Below are positions 30,346 to 40,897 of a DNA stretch of 64,000 bases, in pieces (within the stretch, counting starts at the first letter, position 1; each line of letters starts with the position of its first letter). Location: assembly GCA_004764695.1 (NCBI GenBank), contig SMSO01000037.1, forward strand, positions 3,758,747-3,822,746, written 5' to 3'. The DNA is from Schizochytrium sp. TIO01 (lineage: Eukaryota; Protista; Bigyra: Labyrinthulomycetes). The notes under the pieces were generated by a model that had not been told where the DNA came from, searched no databases, and was given only the letters and a program-made list of their open reading frames with translations. A program made the position numbers and the translations under genes.

Positions 30346-31914
30346 ATGTCGGAATCTGTAGCAGCTCATGAACGTGGCATGCAAGGCGCTGCGTCGCAGC
30401 AGATTGACGGCGCTGATGTGGATCGCTTTGAGCGGGAGTACAGCGTCGTTCTGCAAGAGGTGAGGCAGGGATTTGCCTCCGGCAAGACCAAGTCTGCCGC
30501 TTGGCGCATCAACCAGCTCAAGCAGCTCAAGCGCTGCATGTCAGAGAACAAGGATGAGATTGCGAGCTCGATGAAGCAGGATCTCGGACGCTGCAAGTTT
30601 GAGTCCATTTTCGGAGAAGCTTTGGCCTGTGTGTTTGAGATTGATCATCTCATTAGCAATCTCGAATCTTGGATGGCCCCAGAGCGTGTCTGGCACCCGA
30701 TTACTGTGCAGCCCGGTTACAGTGAGGTGCGGCGTGAGCCCAAAGGTGTCGTGCTCATCCTGTCGCCGTGGAATTACCCCATCAACCTCTCAATCATGTG
30801 CATTGCTGCTGCCATCGCTGCGGGTAATGCTTTCGTGATCAAGCCCAGTGAGGTGGCTCCGGCAACGGGCAGATTTGTGGAAATGATGGTGAACAAGTAC
30901 CTCGACTCTGACGTTTGCCGCGTGGTTATGGGCGCTGTTCCTGAGACTACGGCCCTCCTGCGTCTGCGCTGGGACCACATCATTTACACCGGCAACGGTG
31001 CTGTAGCTCGTATCGTAATGACCGCAGCAGCTAAGCATCTTACTCCAATCACACTTGAGCTTGGTGGCAAGTCTCCAGCCATTGTTGACTCATCGTGCTC
31101 TCTCACTACCTCAGCTCGGCGCATTTTGGTAAACAAGTTCATGAATTGTGGCCAGACCTGCGTTGCGCCTGATTATGTTTTGGTCTCTCGTGAATTTGCC
31201 GACAAGTTGGTTGCCGAGCTGAAGAAGATTGTGCATGAGTTCTATGGTGAGGACCCTTCCACCCAAGAAAGCCTCGGCCGTATTGTCAATGAGCGTCACC
31301 ATGACCGTGTCATGCGTCTTCTTGACCCGTCTTCCCATGGTGGCGAGGTTTTGCTAGGTGGCACGAGCACTGCGGATCGTGCTTCCAAGTATATCCCGCC
31401 TACTCTAATCCTCAATCCTCGTCTTGACTCCCCTCTCATGACCGAGGAGATCTTTGGCCCTGTTCTGCCCATTGTAACTTTGGACAAAATTGATGACGCG
31501 ATTGACTTTGTACAGGCTCGCGAACACCCTCTTGCTCTCTATGTATTTGCCGAGAACAATGCTTTCATTGAGAAGGTCGCTGCCAACACTCAAGCTGGTG
31601 GAATGTGCATTAATGATTGCATTATGCACCTCACAAACCCGTACCTTCCTTTCGGAGGCGTCGGTTCTTCCGGTATGGGATGCTACCACGGCAAGTGGGG
31701 ATTCGATGAGCTTTCTCACATCAAGGCTGTGATGAAGCGTTCGACTATGTTGGATGCTCCCATTCGCTACCCGAACAACTACAATGGTGAACAGGTTGAG
31801 AAAATTCTGACCTTTATGACCAGTGAAGGCATGAGTCCTTCCACGAAAACTGCTTTGACTGCTGCGGCTTTGGGTACTATTGGCTTCCTCTTGCTGCGCC
31901 AGAGCAAGATGTAA
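30346..31914 (+). CDS. Aldehyde dehydrogenase family 3 (fatty aldehyde dehydrogenase-like) with a hydrophobic C-terminal tail
   Basis: Motifs PWNYP, IKPSE, YTGN, LELGGKSP, catalytic GQTCVAPDY, EEIFGP and PFGGVGSSGMG. The C-terminus is ALTAAALGTIGFLLLRQSKM. Confidence 0.95.
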   Translation: MSESVAAHERGMQGAASQQIDGADVDRFEREYSVVLQEVRQGFASGKTKSAAWRINQLKQLKRCMSENKDEIASSMKQDLGRCKFESIFGEALACVFEIDHLISNLESWMAPERVWHPITVQPGYSEVRREPKGVVLILSPWNYPINLSIMCIAAAIAAGNAFVIKPSEVAPATGRFVEMMVNKYLDSDVCRVVMGAVPETTALLRLRWDHIIYTGNGAVARIVMTAAAKHLTPITLELGGKSPAIVDSSCSLTTSARRILVNKFMNCGQTCVAPDYVLVSREFADKLVAELKKIVHEFYGEDPSTQESLGRIVNERHHDRVMRLLDPSSHGGEVLLGGTSTADRASKYIPPTLILNPRLDSPLMTEEIFGPVLPIVTLDKIDDAIDFVQAREHPLALYVFAENNAFIEKVAANTQAGGMCINDCIMHLTNPYLPFGGVGSSGMGCYHGKWGFDELSHIKAVMKRSTMLDAPIRYPNNYNGEQVEKILTFMTSEGMSPSTKTALTAAALGTIGFLLLRQSKM

Positions 31915-32723
31915 GTAAGTAAATGCCTTCTTCTCCATTGCTCTTTCCCTTACTTGGAGATAGCGAGTTAATCTTTCCTCAGTTCTTTGTTGCGATCCCT
32001 ATTTTCTCCATCTTTCCAGAATTCTGTAAGCAACAATCAAAAGAATCTGCTGCACCGTTTGCACGTAACGTTTTCATTAATAATAAACAAAATTCTAAGA
32101 ACAACACTTTCTCGTTTTGATTGATACAAAGCCAATTTATCTGGCCAATGTAGATCTATGAAGAAAATGTTTCTCTACCGACCACGAAGCGCTGATAAAA
32201 TTAAATTCGATGTATTGACGACTGGCAAGTGCGTAGTACTCTGCTTCGTTGGAACCGCGTTCATGTTAACACAACGATTAATGTAGGGTCATTATGAAGA
32301 AAACCTCACCTTCATGACGCATGACACCCATGACAATTCAGAAAAACTAGAAATAGGAAACAACCAATATTATGTTAATAAGTCTTGGCTTGTAGCATGG
32401 CTTACGTGGAGGCGGTGGCTCTTACAAAAGAAAAATCATGTCAGCAGCGAGATATTGCACAAGGGAAAACGAGGAAACGCGGATACAAAGTATAAACCAT
32501 TGTTCGAAAAAGATGAAGAGAAAAAGTTATTTACGTAGTATCTATCTGCAATGTTAATCTCAGTGGCAGGCAGAGTGAAGCATGCGGCTGAGTAAACGCT
32601 GTTTCCATATTCCAGAATTCTGAAAAGGAGTAAAGGAAGACTATTTCACCAATTGAGGGTGTCGTTCTGTCGAGAATTTAGTTTCAAAGTCGAGAGAGAG
32701 GCGCATCTGTCTAGCTAGAACAC

Positions 32724-34481
32724 TTAGGCGACGAGGGTAGGGGTGGCGCTGGCCTGCTGCTGCTCAAGCTTGGCGAGCATCTTGGGAGACATGTATTTCT
32801 TGGCCTCAGTGAGCTCGCGGTCCATCCACCACAGCTTGCCCTTTCCAGCTCCAGTCATGGTGGTCTTAATCTTCTGCAAGCGCTCTTCAGCCCTCTGGAA
32901 TGCCTCAATGCACGCCTGGAGCTTGGCATCAGCCTCGGCTCTAGAGTCTTCTGCCTGCTTTTGGGCTTCGTCAGCAGCCTTGGCTGCGTTCTCAGATGCA
33001 GCACGATCTTCTTCAGCCTGGCCTCTGGACTTCTCAGCGTCTTCAGCCTCCTTTTCAGCCTTACGGGCGGCATCAGAAGCTTGTGCTCTAGCGTCTTCAG
33101 CCTTAGCTCTGTCATCCTCAGCCTGGGATCTCGTGGACTCTGCTTCTGCGCGAGCCTCTTCGGCCTCTGCGCGCTCTTGCTGGGCCCGAGCTCTGTCATT
33201 CGACGCCTCTTCACGCTTGCTCTCCGCAGCAGAGCGCTCCTCGGAAGCCTTAGACCTCTGCTGCTCCGCTGTAAGCCTGTCTTGCTCTGCCTTAGACCTC
33301 TGCACCTTGGCGCTATCTGCCGCTTCTGTGGCAACAGCACGGGCGTCTGCAGCGGCCTGGGTAAGCTTGTTCTGTTTTCTGAGAGCAGCCTCTTCAAGGA
33401 TGCGAGCCCTCTGGAGCGGGAGCGGGTCCTTGACAAGCAGCTGTGCGAGTTCATTGGCAGCGGTACCTCTTTTTACGGCTCCTGCTCCCTCATCTTCGCT
33501 CACCTTGCGGAGCTGATCACACTGGTTCTGAAATGCAGTTTCTTCGGCCTTGATAGTATCAACAGCTGCTTGGACAGCTGCTTCCGCGTTACGCTGTTCG
33601 TTTTCAGCCTTGGCGGCAATGTCCTCCTTGGCAACTGCTTCTTGCTCTTCCTTCACGGCCTCGCTTTCGGCAGCGTTTGCTTCTTCTTCTGCCTTAACAG
33701 CAACCTTTTCAGCATCTTTGGCAAGGCCCTCGGCCTCTACGGCCTGCTCTTCAGATCCAACTGCTTTGGCTTCTGCGTCTTTGGCTTCATTCTCTTCCTT
33801 GACGGCGATTGCCTCTGCGTCAAGAGCCTTGGCCTCAGAATCCTTAGCTTGGTTCTCTTGCTCGATCGCAGATTCCTCAGACTGCTTGGCGGCGGCTTCA
33901 GACTGCTTGGCGGCCTCTTCATGAGCCTTGGCATCTGCCTCGGCCTCACGAGCTTTGTCTGCGGCGTTAGCGGCCTCCTTGGCGGCAACCCTGGCGGCTT
34001 CCTCAGTCTCACGAGCGATTTTTTGCTGTGCAGTGGACTCCTCGTGGGCTCTCTGGGAGTCCTCGACAGCCTGTTGAGCCTCGATAAGCTTCTTTTGGTC
34101 CTCATCACTGCCCTGAGGGGCATTCACGAGCTCCTCCCACTTCACGTTGTACTGGTACACGAGAAACTCCGTAAGTGAAACCATCTTGTTGAAGTCAACG
34201 TCAACGTCGCGGAGGGCGTTACGCATGTCGGTCACGGTCACGGCACCAACCAGCTGCTCGAGCAGAATGTGAGATTTAAGCTCGTCAAGCTCGTTTCCCT
34301 CGCTTCCGCGAGAGTCCAGCTCTTCGCATTTGCGGCAGAAGGTCCACACGCGCTCGCACTGCTCAGCATTGTCCTCGAAGGTAGGACCGGTCTTCCAGTA
34401 CGCGTTCAAGAACCAAACAGCCTGAGCCTTGTACGGCTTAGCGTTAAGCTCCTTCAGAAGCTTCATGTTTTCCTCGGCCAT
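32724..34481 (-). CDS. Calcium-regulated actin-bundling protein (Dictyostelium ABP34-like) with a greatly extended Ala-rich coiled coil
   Basis: N-terminal QAVWFLNAYW, canonical EF-hand loop DVDFNKMVSLTE, central AANELAQLLVKDPLPL and C-terminal GKLWWMDRELTEAKKYM, all motifs I recognise from the ABP34 family. Confidence 0.8.
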   Translation of the reverse strand: MAEENMKLLKELNAKPYKAQAVWFLNAYWKTGPTFEDNAEQCERVWTFCRKCEELDSRGSEGNELDELKSHILLEQLVGAVTVTDMRNALRDVDVDFNKMVSLTEFLVYQYNVKWEELVNAPQGSDEDQKKLIEAQQAVEDSQRAHEESTAQQKIARETEEAARVAAKEAANAADKAREAEADAKAHEEAAKQSEAAAKQSEESAIEQENQAKDSEAKALDAEAIAVKEENEAKDAEAKAVGSEEQAVEAEGLAKDAEKVAVKAEEEANAAESEAVKEEQEAVAKEDIAAKAENEQRNAEAAVQAAVDTIKAEETAFQNQCDQLRKVSEDEGAGAVKRGTAANELAQLLVKDPLPLQRARILEEAALRKQNKLTQAAADARAVATEAADSAKVQRSKAEQDRLTAEQQRSKASEERSAAESKREEASNDRARAQQERAEAEEARAEAESTRSQAEDDRAKAEDARAQASDAARKAEKEAEDAEKSRGQAEEDRAASENAAKAADEAQKQAEDSRAEADAKLQACIEAFQRAEERLQKIKTTMTGAGKGKLWWMDRELTEAKKYMSPKMLAKLEQQQASATPTLVA

Positions 34482-34837
34482 TGTGCTTTTACTTGCTTAG
34501 ACTCTAGCTGTTGATGTCGATTTGCTTGGGTTGATCTTCGCAGGTTTGCGAGTTTGGGGTTTGATGGCAGCATGAAAGCTTCTCTGATTTTCTTTAGACT
34601 CTAACATTGCTTGATAATTTGTTTTTTTTTGTATTAATGATGTTTCATCTATTTAATGTAGGCCCAGAATTGCCCCACTTGGAGGCTTCTCTCTAAAATG
34701 TCTGATGTAAGGGCTCATTTAAAAACGCTTTCATACTTTCGAGGCTCGTTTATGCTCACTGCTAGGCAACAGGCAGAGACACTACTTCGCTATGATTAGT
34801 AATCTGGGGAAGGAAAAGAAGGAAGGCGGGAGGAGGA

Positions 34838-34854
34838 GGGGGGGGGGGGGGGGG
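34838..34854 (+). repeat. G17 homopolymer in a purine-rich tract (G-quadruplex-capable), about 360 bp upstream of the ABP34-like gene
   Basis: Directly visible: GGAGGAGGA followed by G17. Confidence 0.85.
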
Positions 34855-36457
34855 CAGAATCCCTGTCCCGCGTTTCGATTCTATGCACTCACTTGCACGA
34901 ATTTATACCTCTTTTATGACTATCAAATACACCTAAAACACCCAGGCAGAAGCACAATTAGCATCATCCTATGGTTGTTGAGATCAACAACATGCATTAA
35001 CTACATGCCATCATGCTTTTCAGAAAGCGTGGGACATGCAGTAACCTTCACTATTTAAATCTTCCTTCCAGGTTTCACGTTGTCAACCGAAAGTGCATTC
35101 CATAATTTAAAGTGACACATTATATGCATTTATTAGCGTAGGTTTTACATCATTCCAGCCTTCGCTGTTGTTGCCCAATTCCTTTTTTGGTCTTCTCAAT
35201 TACCTCCCTCGGACTGTATTCGAGCACCTTGTGCCTATCAATAAAAAGGGGCATACGTTTATGAAGAAAATGATCATCAATAAATCTCTTCAGACCGACT
35301 GTCCGCCTCAAGGCATAATGTGTTGAGGTGGACTCTTAGGGAAACCTCTATTAGATACCCTTAGAAGTTAATGAGTTTTTGCTATACGAAGACTTCGCAA
35401 TGCTAAATTGGAGAATTGGTGCACACGCATTCTAATAATTGCATTCTCGTTGCTCAGCTCTGCACTATACAAAGCTTCGTCGATTGGAATTAAGCTTCGC
35501 CGCCCTTTGGGTGTCCATCCTTGTTTTTACGTTCTTTTTTTAAATCTTTCTATCTCAAGTATTTGTGCGCCACCCTTGGGTGGTGGGTGTTCTACTAGAT
35601 TGACTAGAGTTTAAACTAACTTCTGAATAGCCCTCATATTGATAAAAACTCATCCTTTCTTCAATATCGAAGATCATGACGAAGGCCTGGAAACTTAAGT
35701 CAAAATAAGATTGTTCTCAAATTAAGGTTAATAGAATAAAAGCTTGTCAAGTTGCCAATCATCTATCACTATGCACTATGAAATCCTGGAGTTTAATCTA
35801 GGTCGCATTTTATGGCCATTTGAAATGGCAAGCAAGTCTGACGTTGTTGAATTTATAGAGATCTAATTATCTAGTGTTGAAGTAGAACAAGCAAGCTCTG
35901 GGACGAAGTCGGCTACTAGCATCCGCACAAACCGAGGTCTTCAAGGCACACGATAAGATTTAAGGGACTAGGATTGCGTCTCCGGGGAAATCAGGTTCAA
36001 TGGGAATGGTCAAACTCGCCTCAGTGTCGGTATGCATCGTACCGTCACGACCAGGTTTCGATTTCTGAGGTAGAAAATGCTAGTCAGTTTGCATTCGCAG
36101 AATGCTGGCTTTTGAACTGGAGGTTAGGTTTTAGCAGCGCTACAGATTGAACGCGAGGTGTCGATATGGTCTAGGTTGCAATACCCAGTAGTGAAATCAT
36201 TCTCATTTTGCCAGCCAGCCAGAATGCCAAATGGAGGCGGAGTAGAGTTAAATTGCACCTATACTATTTCCCGAGGCAAGATGGTCTTTAGAAACAACCG
36301 AAGAAGGGAATTCACTGGAAGTCTGAGATCTGGTATGTAAATGTAAAAATGTAGTACAATTGTTATTACACTGATTAAATCACGAACAACCGTATCAAAA
36401 CTAATGAAGGTAAAAGAAATGCCAATTTCTTCATCTTGACTCTAATCTATGTATAAA

Positions 36458-39400
36458 TTAGTGTCGGTCCTCTTTGCCTTTGTTAGCAGCAGACACAGCT
36501 GCCTCCCAAAGTGCAGCATAATGCGAGCTAGGGTTCTGCAGAAGTTCCATCGGACGTCCAGACTCAAGAAGTGCACCTTGCTCAAGGACACATACCTGGT
36601 CGCAATGTGATGTTGATGCAAGACGGTGTGCAACTATTATAAGCGTGCGACCGTGGCAAGCATGTTTGAGCGTATTCTGAATCGCCAAATCAGCTGCTTC
36701 GTCCACAGAGCTAGTACCCTCGTCCACACATATGATTTGGGCATTCTTCAACAATGCCCGGCCAAATGCAAGCAGCTGCCGCTGGCCAGCAGAAAGGTTG
36801 GAACCGCCTTCGGAAAGCACATGCGAAAGTCCTGATTTGTGAATCTGAAGCTGAAAAGACTCTGCAGGCACAAGTGAAGCATCCTTTTCTACCTCAGCCT
36901 TTTTCACATTTTCAATTCCAAGGGACGCCACAAAGTCAGCGAGATGCACATTACGGAGCGCTTCCCATATCTCGTCGTCCGTATGCTCGTCAAAAGGGTC
37001 AAGGTTCGAGCGAATTGTACCGGCAAAAAGGGTTGGAGACTGGGGTACAATAGCCAGGGCGCGACCACGGAGAACCTTTAAGGGGATTTTGGCAATATTC
37101 ACGCCATCAATCAAAATCTGACCTTCAAGAGCCTCAATTATACGAAAAAGTGCTACTGCGCTCACTGTACTCTTGCCACTACCTGAGCGCCCAACTAAAG
37201 CTGTGCTTTGCCCACCAGGGATCGTCATGGTCAAGTTCCGCAAGACACATGGCAAACCTTCACGATAGCGGGCTGAATAGTTCACAAATTGGATTTCACC
37301 TTTGCTAGGCCACGACGAAGAAACTTCTACAGGCGCTTTAATCTCGCTACAGTCGGAGTGACTATCCTCAATAGTGTCTTCCTCGCGAGGGGTAGACTCG
37401 ATGAAGTACCTCACGCGCTCTACAGATGTAAACTGGGCTTCAAGCTCAGCAGCCTGGCGAGTTGCAAATTGCATGATACCAGCAGTTTGTAAACTACTAG
37501 AGAGGACAAGTCCAGCAAGCCCAGCAGAAATTGATGAGGCAAAAATGATGCACAAAAATGCGGACACTGTCACAATCGCCGTTGTGATATAGTCCAGGCG
37601 AAATCCAATCCAACGGTTCGCCATATAAAATCCAAGATAACCTCGCGAGGTCTCTTCGACCAGATGATACTGCAACTCGACAGCAGCCTCGAGCCGACCA
37701 AAGGCCCGTGTCTCAGTGAGTCCAAGCACGAGCGATTGAACCTGGCTAATCATCGGCGAGCGGGACATACTGTCCATGCGCTTCATTTGACGCACAACAC
37801 GACGAAAGTAATTGAGTAAACGAACGTAAAGAAAGCCTAAAGGAACAATCGCCACAAGGAATGCCGGTAAAGCGGCAGCGATAACTACGATTGCAAGAAA
37901 GGTGCGTACCAGGAGTGAGATACATACTTCCGCAACATCAACCAAAAGTGTGTCAATTTTGTCGATATCACTGCTGAAACGAGCTAGAATACGGCCTAAG
38001 GGCGTGATCTGGAAAAAGTCCATTCTTGCCTGCATACATGCTAGAAAGGCTGCGTCGTGTAGTCCTTGAGATGCACGAAGCATTGCTCGACCAAAAATAA
38101 CACCACGCACTACCATAAAAATTGTCACTGCGAGTGTCAATAAACCATAAATAAGGTTGTAAAACCATGGTGCCATGTTAAACGAATTTGAACTCCATGC
38201 CGTGAGCCACGCCTCACTGCCATTCTTGCTACCTTCGGACAACCAAAACATAGCAAAACAAAATATCAAAATACAACTACCGCCAGCACTCTGTGAAAAT
38301 GCCTTCACAGTTTCTTTCGAAACAGCACCAACTTTGCGGTCTTCTTCAGTTGTAAGCTTGCCTCTCGCCACCTCATTATTATCACCTGGCAAATGCATTT
38401 CTGAAGTCGGACGACGCGCCCCAAAAGTATCCTCGGCATCTTCAATTGTACTCTCAACTGGTTTGCCCTGCTTGTCCTTCAAAATACCTTGTTCTTCCAC
38501 GTGTACTTCTTCTTCGCTCCCAATAGTACCATGGGAACTTGTCTCATCTAGATCAGAAAGTACTTCCTCAATATCAACCTCATCAGGAGCGAGTGAAAAC
38601 CTTTCGCTCTCGTGGAGCTCACTTCCAGTGCCTGATTTTCTATGCGCATCAAAGGCAGTGGAGACAACTAGCTGTTGGAATGGGCCATGTTGAAGTTCTT
38701 CAAAAGTACCTTGTGCGGCAATGACCATATTTTCCATCACAATCACATGGTCAGCCTCTGGCAAGAGGTGGAGTCCATGGGTGACCAAAATAACAGTTTT
38801 ATCCTTCAGAGCTGAGCAGATGCAGTGTTTCCATATATGCGCGGATACATGTGCATCAACTGCAGAAAGCACGTCGTCTAAAAGATAAACGTCAGCGTTA
38901 GAGTATACAGCGCGTGCGAGCGCAAGGCGTGCTTTCTGGCCGCCAGATACATTGATCCCACGCTCGCCGAGCTCTGTCATAATTCCACTTGGCAAAGCTT
39001 CAAGATCCGGTTCGAGTGCTGCTACCTTGATAGCACGCCGAAAGGCTCGGGGATCATATGGCTTGCCAAACAAAATGTTTTCTTTAAAAGTAGCATTAAA
39101 GACCCATGGGTTCTGGCCCACGTAAGCCACAGAACCGCGCATACACGAACGACCCTGGATGCGACGCATGTCACCCAGCAAGCTCGAAAAGAGCGAAGAC
39201 TTTCCGTGGCCGACGGCACCCACGATGCACGTGAGTGTTTTGGGCATTATACGCACAGAGTCAATGCATAGAGGCTGGCTATCCTCATCCATGGCAGCAG
39301 GATTGTTGCTTGCATACCAAACGAAACGCCCATTCTCGATTTCGATAACTGGGTCTTGAGGAGAGGGTGAGCCAGGCAGTCGATCGGTGGCTTGTTCAGG

Positions 39401-40897
39401 AATGAGTTCCTCAATCTTGAGATAATCGCCAATACGCCGCAATGCGATGCTCGCCTCAGCTACGAAGCGTACACTGATGGGAAGCACGGATAGTGGGAAT
39501 CGAGAAACATTGAAAAGCGAGAGAGTCGCAAAGGCTTGGGAGGCGGTAAGGGTCTCACCAAGAACTACTGTATGAACAAGAAAACTAGCAAACGAGGTGA
39601 CAAGAGGAACGATCTGAGAGAAGGCACCATTAACCGCCTTCACGTAAGTTGTTTGACGGATTTTTACCAGCTCGGCAGCGCGCACCTTGGCAACTTTATC
39701 AACAAAGCTGGACTCCCATGCATACAACTTTATCAATTGAGCAGCTTGAAGAATTTCATTCATGAGTGTAACACGCTGATCGGTAATCACTACGGATTGT
39801 GCTCGCAGTTGGCTTGTCATCTTTGCAATTCGAGCTTGCAAGGGCACACTCAGAATAAGCACTACCATGCCCGCAAGAATACTTGGGCCAAGTACCCATA
39901 GGCCTAGACCAACGATTGTTAGCAGCGTAATTGGAGTCATGATAATGAAGATTCCATACGTAGCCGCATCACGAAGTCGTTCGACATCATTTGACATCAT
40001 ATTTAAAAGTTGGCCAGCAGCATTGCCTGAGTTTCGCAAGCGAGTTGTCTTTTGAAACAATAGTGATGCAGCTGCAGAACGAACATTCACGCCCGTCACG
40101 CCTGCAATAGCCCAATGTTGATTAATAAAGACAGAGCGAAATACTTCCCCTACACCGAAAAGAATGGCATATACAAACCCAAAGTATGGTATTTCCAAGT
40201 GACCAGCTTGGACGGTTTCAACTTCTCCCCGTGCAAAGTCATCAAGAAGGTTAAGCAACTGTACCAAAAGAACTGCATTCGTTGAAGTAACAGCTACAAG
40301 CCATGCCATCTGGTACATGAAGGCCTGAAAGTACTCATACCCAAAAACCGGTATAAGTGCACGGTACAAACGTGCCTTTTCCACTCCTCTTTTCTCCACC
40401 TCTCGCGCCCATGCTGCAGCCAGTTTATCGGTGAGGATCGGCCCCTTATGTCTGTTTAAGACTTGCCATAGTTCGCTAGCTTCAATTTCTCTCCTGAAGG
40501 CAATGTTCATGAGTGGTGTTGCCCATATAAATGTCATTCTCCGAAAGAGGCCAGCCTTGTTGAAGTCATTCCAACAGTCACCGCTAACTTTCGCAGTTTC
40601 ATCCTTCACTCCAATATCTGTACTACTTCGGGTGACCCCTCCAGTGTTCACACATGAATTTCCATCTGTTGCTTGGCCCATTTGATCACGATCCTGATCA
40701 ACATCTTGTTCAGCTGCATGTTCCTGTGCATTCTGTACTTTGGCCACTTGTCTAGCACTTGAGTGTTCATCACTAGCGCTGTTGCTAGCATTAATAATAG
40801 CACTCACATTTGGGCTCGCTTCGTGACAGCCGTTTCCAGCCTCAAGGTCGCTGCTGTCGCGTACAGCTGCATCTTCCTGGGCTGGCTCGCGGCCCAT
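36458..40897 (-). CDS. ABC transporter subfamily C (short MRP type, TMD-NBD-TMD-NBD)
   Basis: NBD1: GAVGHGKSS, VSGGQKAR, degenerate Walker B YLLDD. NBD2: GRSGSGKST, LSAGQRQL, CVDE. Also present: ARYREGLP and TPLGRILARFSSD. The track start at 40960 is a TTG; the first in-frame ATG is at 40897 (MGREPAQ...). Confidence 0.95.
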   Translation of the reverse strand: MGREPAQEDAAVRDSSDLEAGNGCHEASPNVSAIINASNSASDEHSSARQVAKVQNAQEHAAEQDVDQDRDQMGQATDGNSCVNTGGVTRSSTDIGVKDETAKVSGDCWNDFNKAGLFRRMTFIWATPLMNIAFRREIEASELWQVLNRHKGPILTDKLAAAWAREVEKRGVEKARLYRALIPVFGYEYFQAFMYQMAWLVAVTSTNAVLLVQLLNLLDDFARGEVETVQAGHLEIPYFGFVYAILFGVGEVFRSVFINQHWAIAGVTGVNVRSAAASLLFQKTTRLRNSGNAAGQLLNMMSNDVERLRDAATYGIFIIMTPITLLTIVGLGLWVLGPSILAGMVVLILSVPLQARIAKMTSQLRAQSVVITDQRVTLMNEILQAAQLIKLYAWESSFVDKVAKVRAAELVKIRQTTYVKAVNGAFSQIVPLVTSFASFLVHTVVLGETLTASQAFATLSLFNVSRFPLSVLPISVRFVAEASIALRRIGDYLKIEELIPEQATDRLPGSPSPQDPVIEIENGRFVWYASNNPAAMDEDSQPLCIDSVRIMPKTLTCIVGAVGHGKSSLFSSLLGDMRRIQGRSCMRGSVAYVGQNPWVFNATFKENILFGKPYDPRAFRRAIKVAALEPDLEALPSGIMTELGERGINVSGGQKARLALARAVYSNADVYLLDDVLSAVDAHVSAHIWKHCICSALKDKTVILVTHGLHLLPEADHVIVMENMVIAAQGTFEELQHGPFQQLVVSTAFDAHRKSGTGSELHESERFSLAPDEVDIEEVLSDLDETSSHGTIGSEEEVHVEEQGILKDKQGKPVESTIEDAEDTFGARRPTSEMHLPGDNNEVARGKLTTEEDRKVGAVSKETVKAFSQSAGGSCILIFCFAMFWLSEGSKNGSEAWLTAWSSNSFNMAPWFYNLIYGLLTLAVTIFMVVRGVIFGRAMLRASQGLHDAAFLACMQARMDFFQITPLGRILARFSSDIDKIDTLLVDVAEVCISLLVRTFLAIVVIAAALPAFLVAIVPLGFLYVRLLNYFRRVVRQMKRMDSMSRSPMISQVQSLVLGLTETRAFGRLEAAVELQYHLVEETSRGYLGFYMANRWIGFRLDYITTAIVTVSAFLCIIFASSISAGLAGLVLSSSLQTAGIMQFATRQAAELEAQFTSVERVRYFIESTPREEDTIEDSHSDCSEIKAPVEVSSSWPSKGEIQFVNYSARYREGLPCVLRNLTMTIPGGQSTALVGRSGSGKSTVSAVALFRIIEALEGQILIDGVNIAKIPLKVLRGRALAIVPQSPTLFAGTIRSNLDPFDEHTDDEIWEALRNVHLADFVASLGIENVKKAEVEKDASLVPAESFQLQIHKSGLSHVLSEGGSNLSAGQRQLLAFGRALLKNAQIICVDEGTSSVDEAADLAIQNTLKHACHGRTLIIVAHRLASTSHCDQVCVLEQGALLESGRPMELLQNPSSHYAALWEAAVSAANKGKEDRH

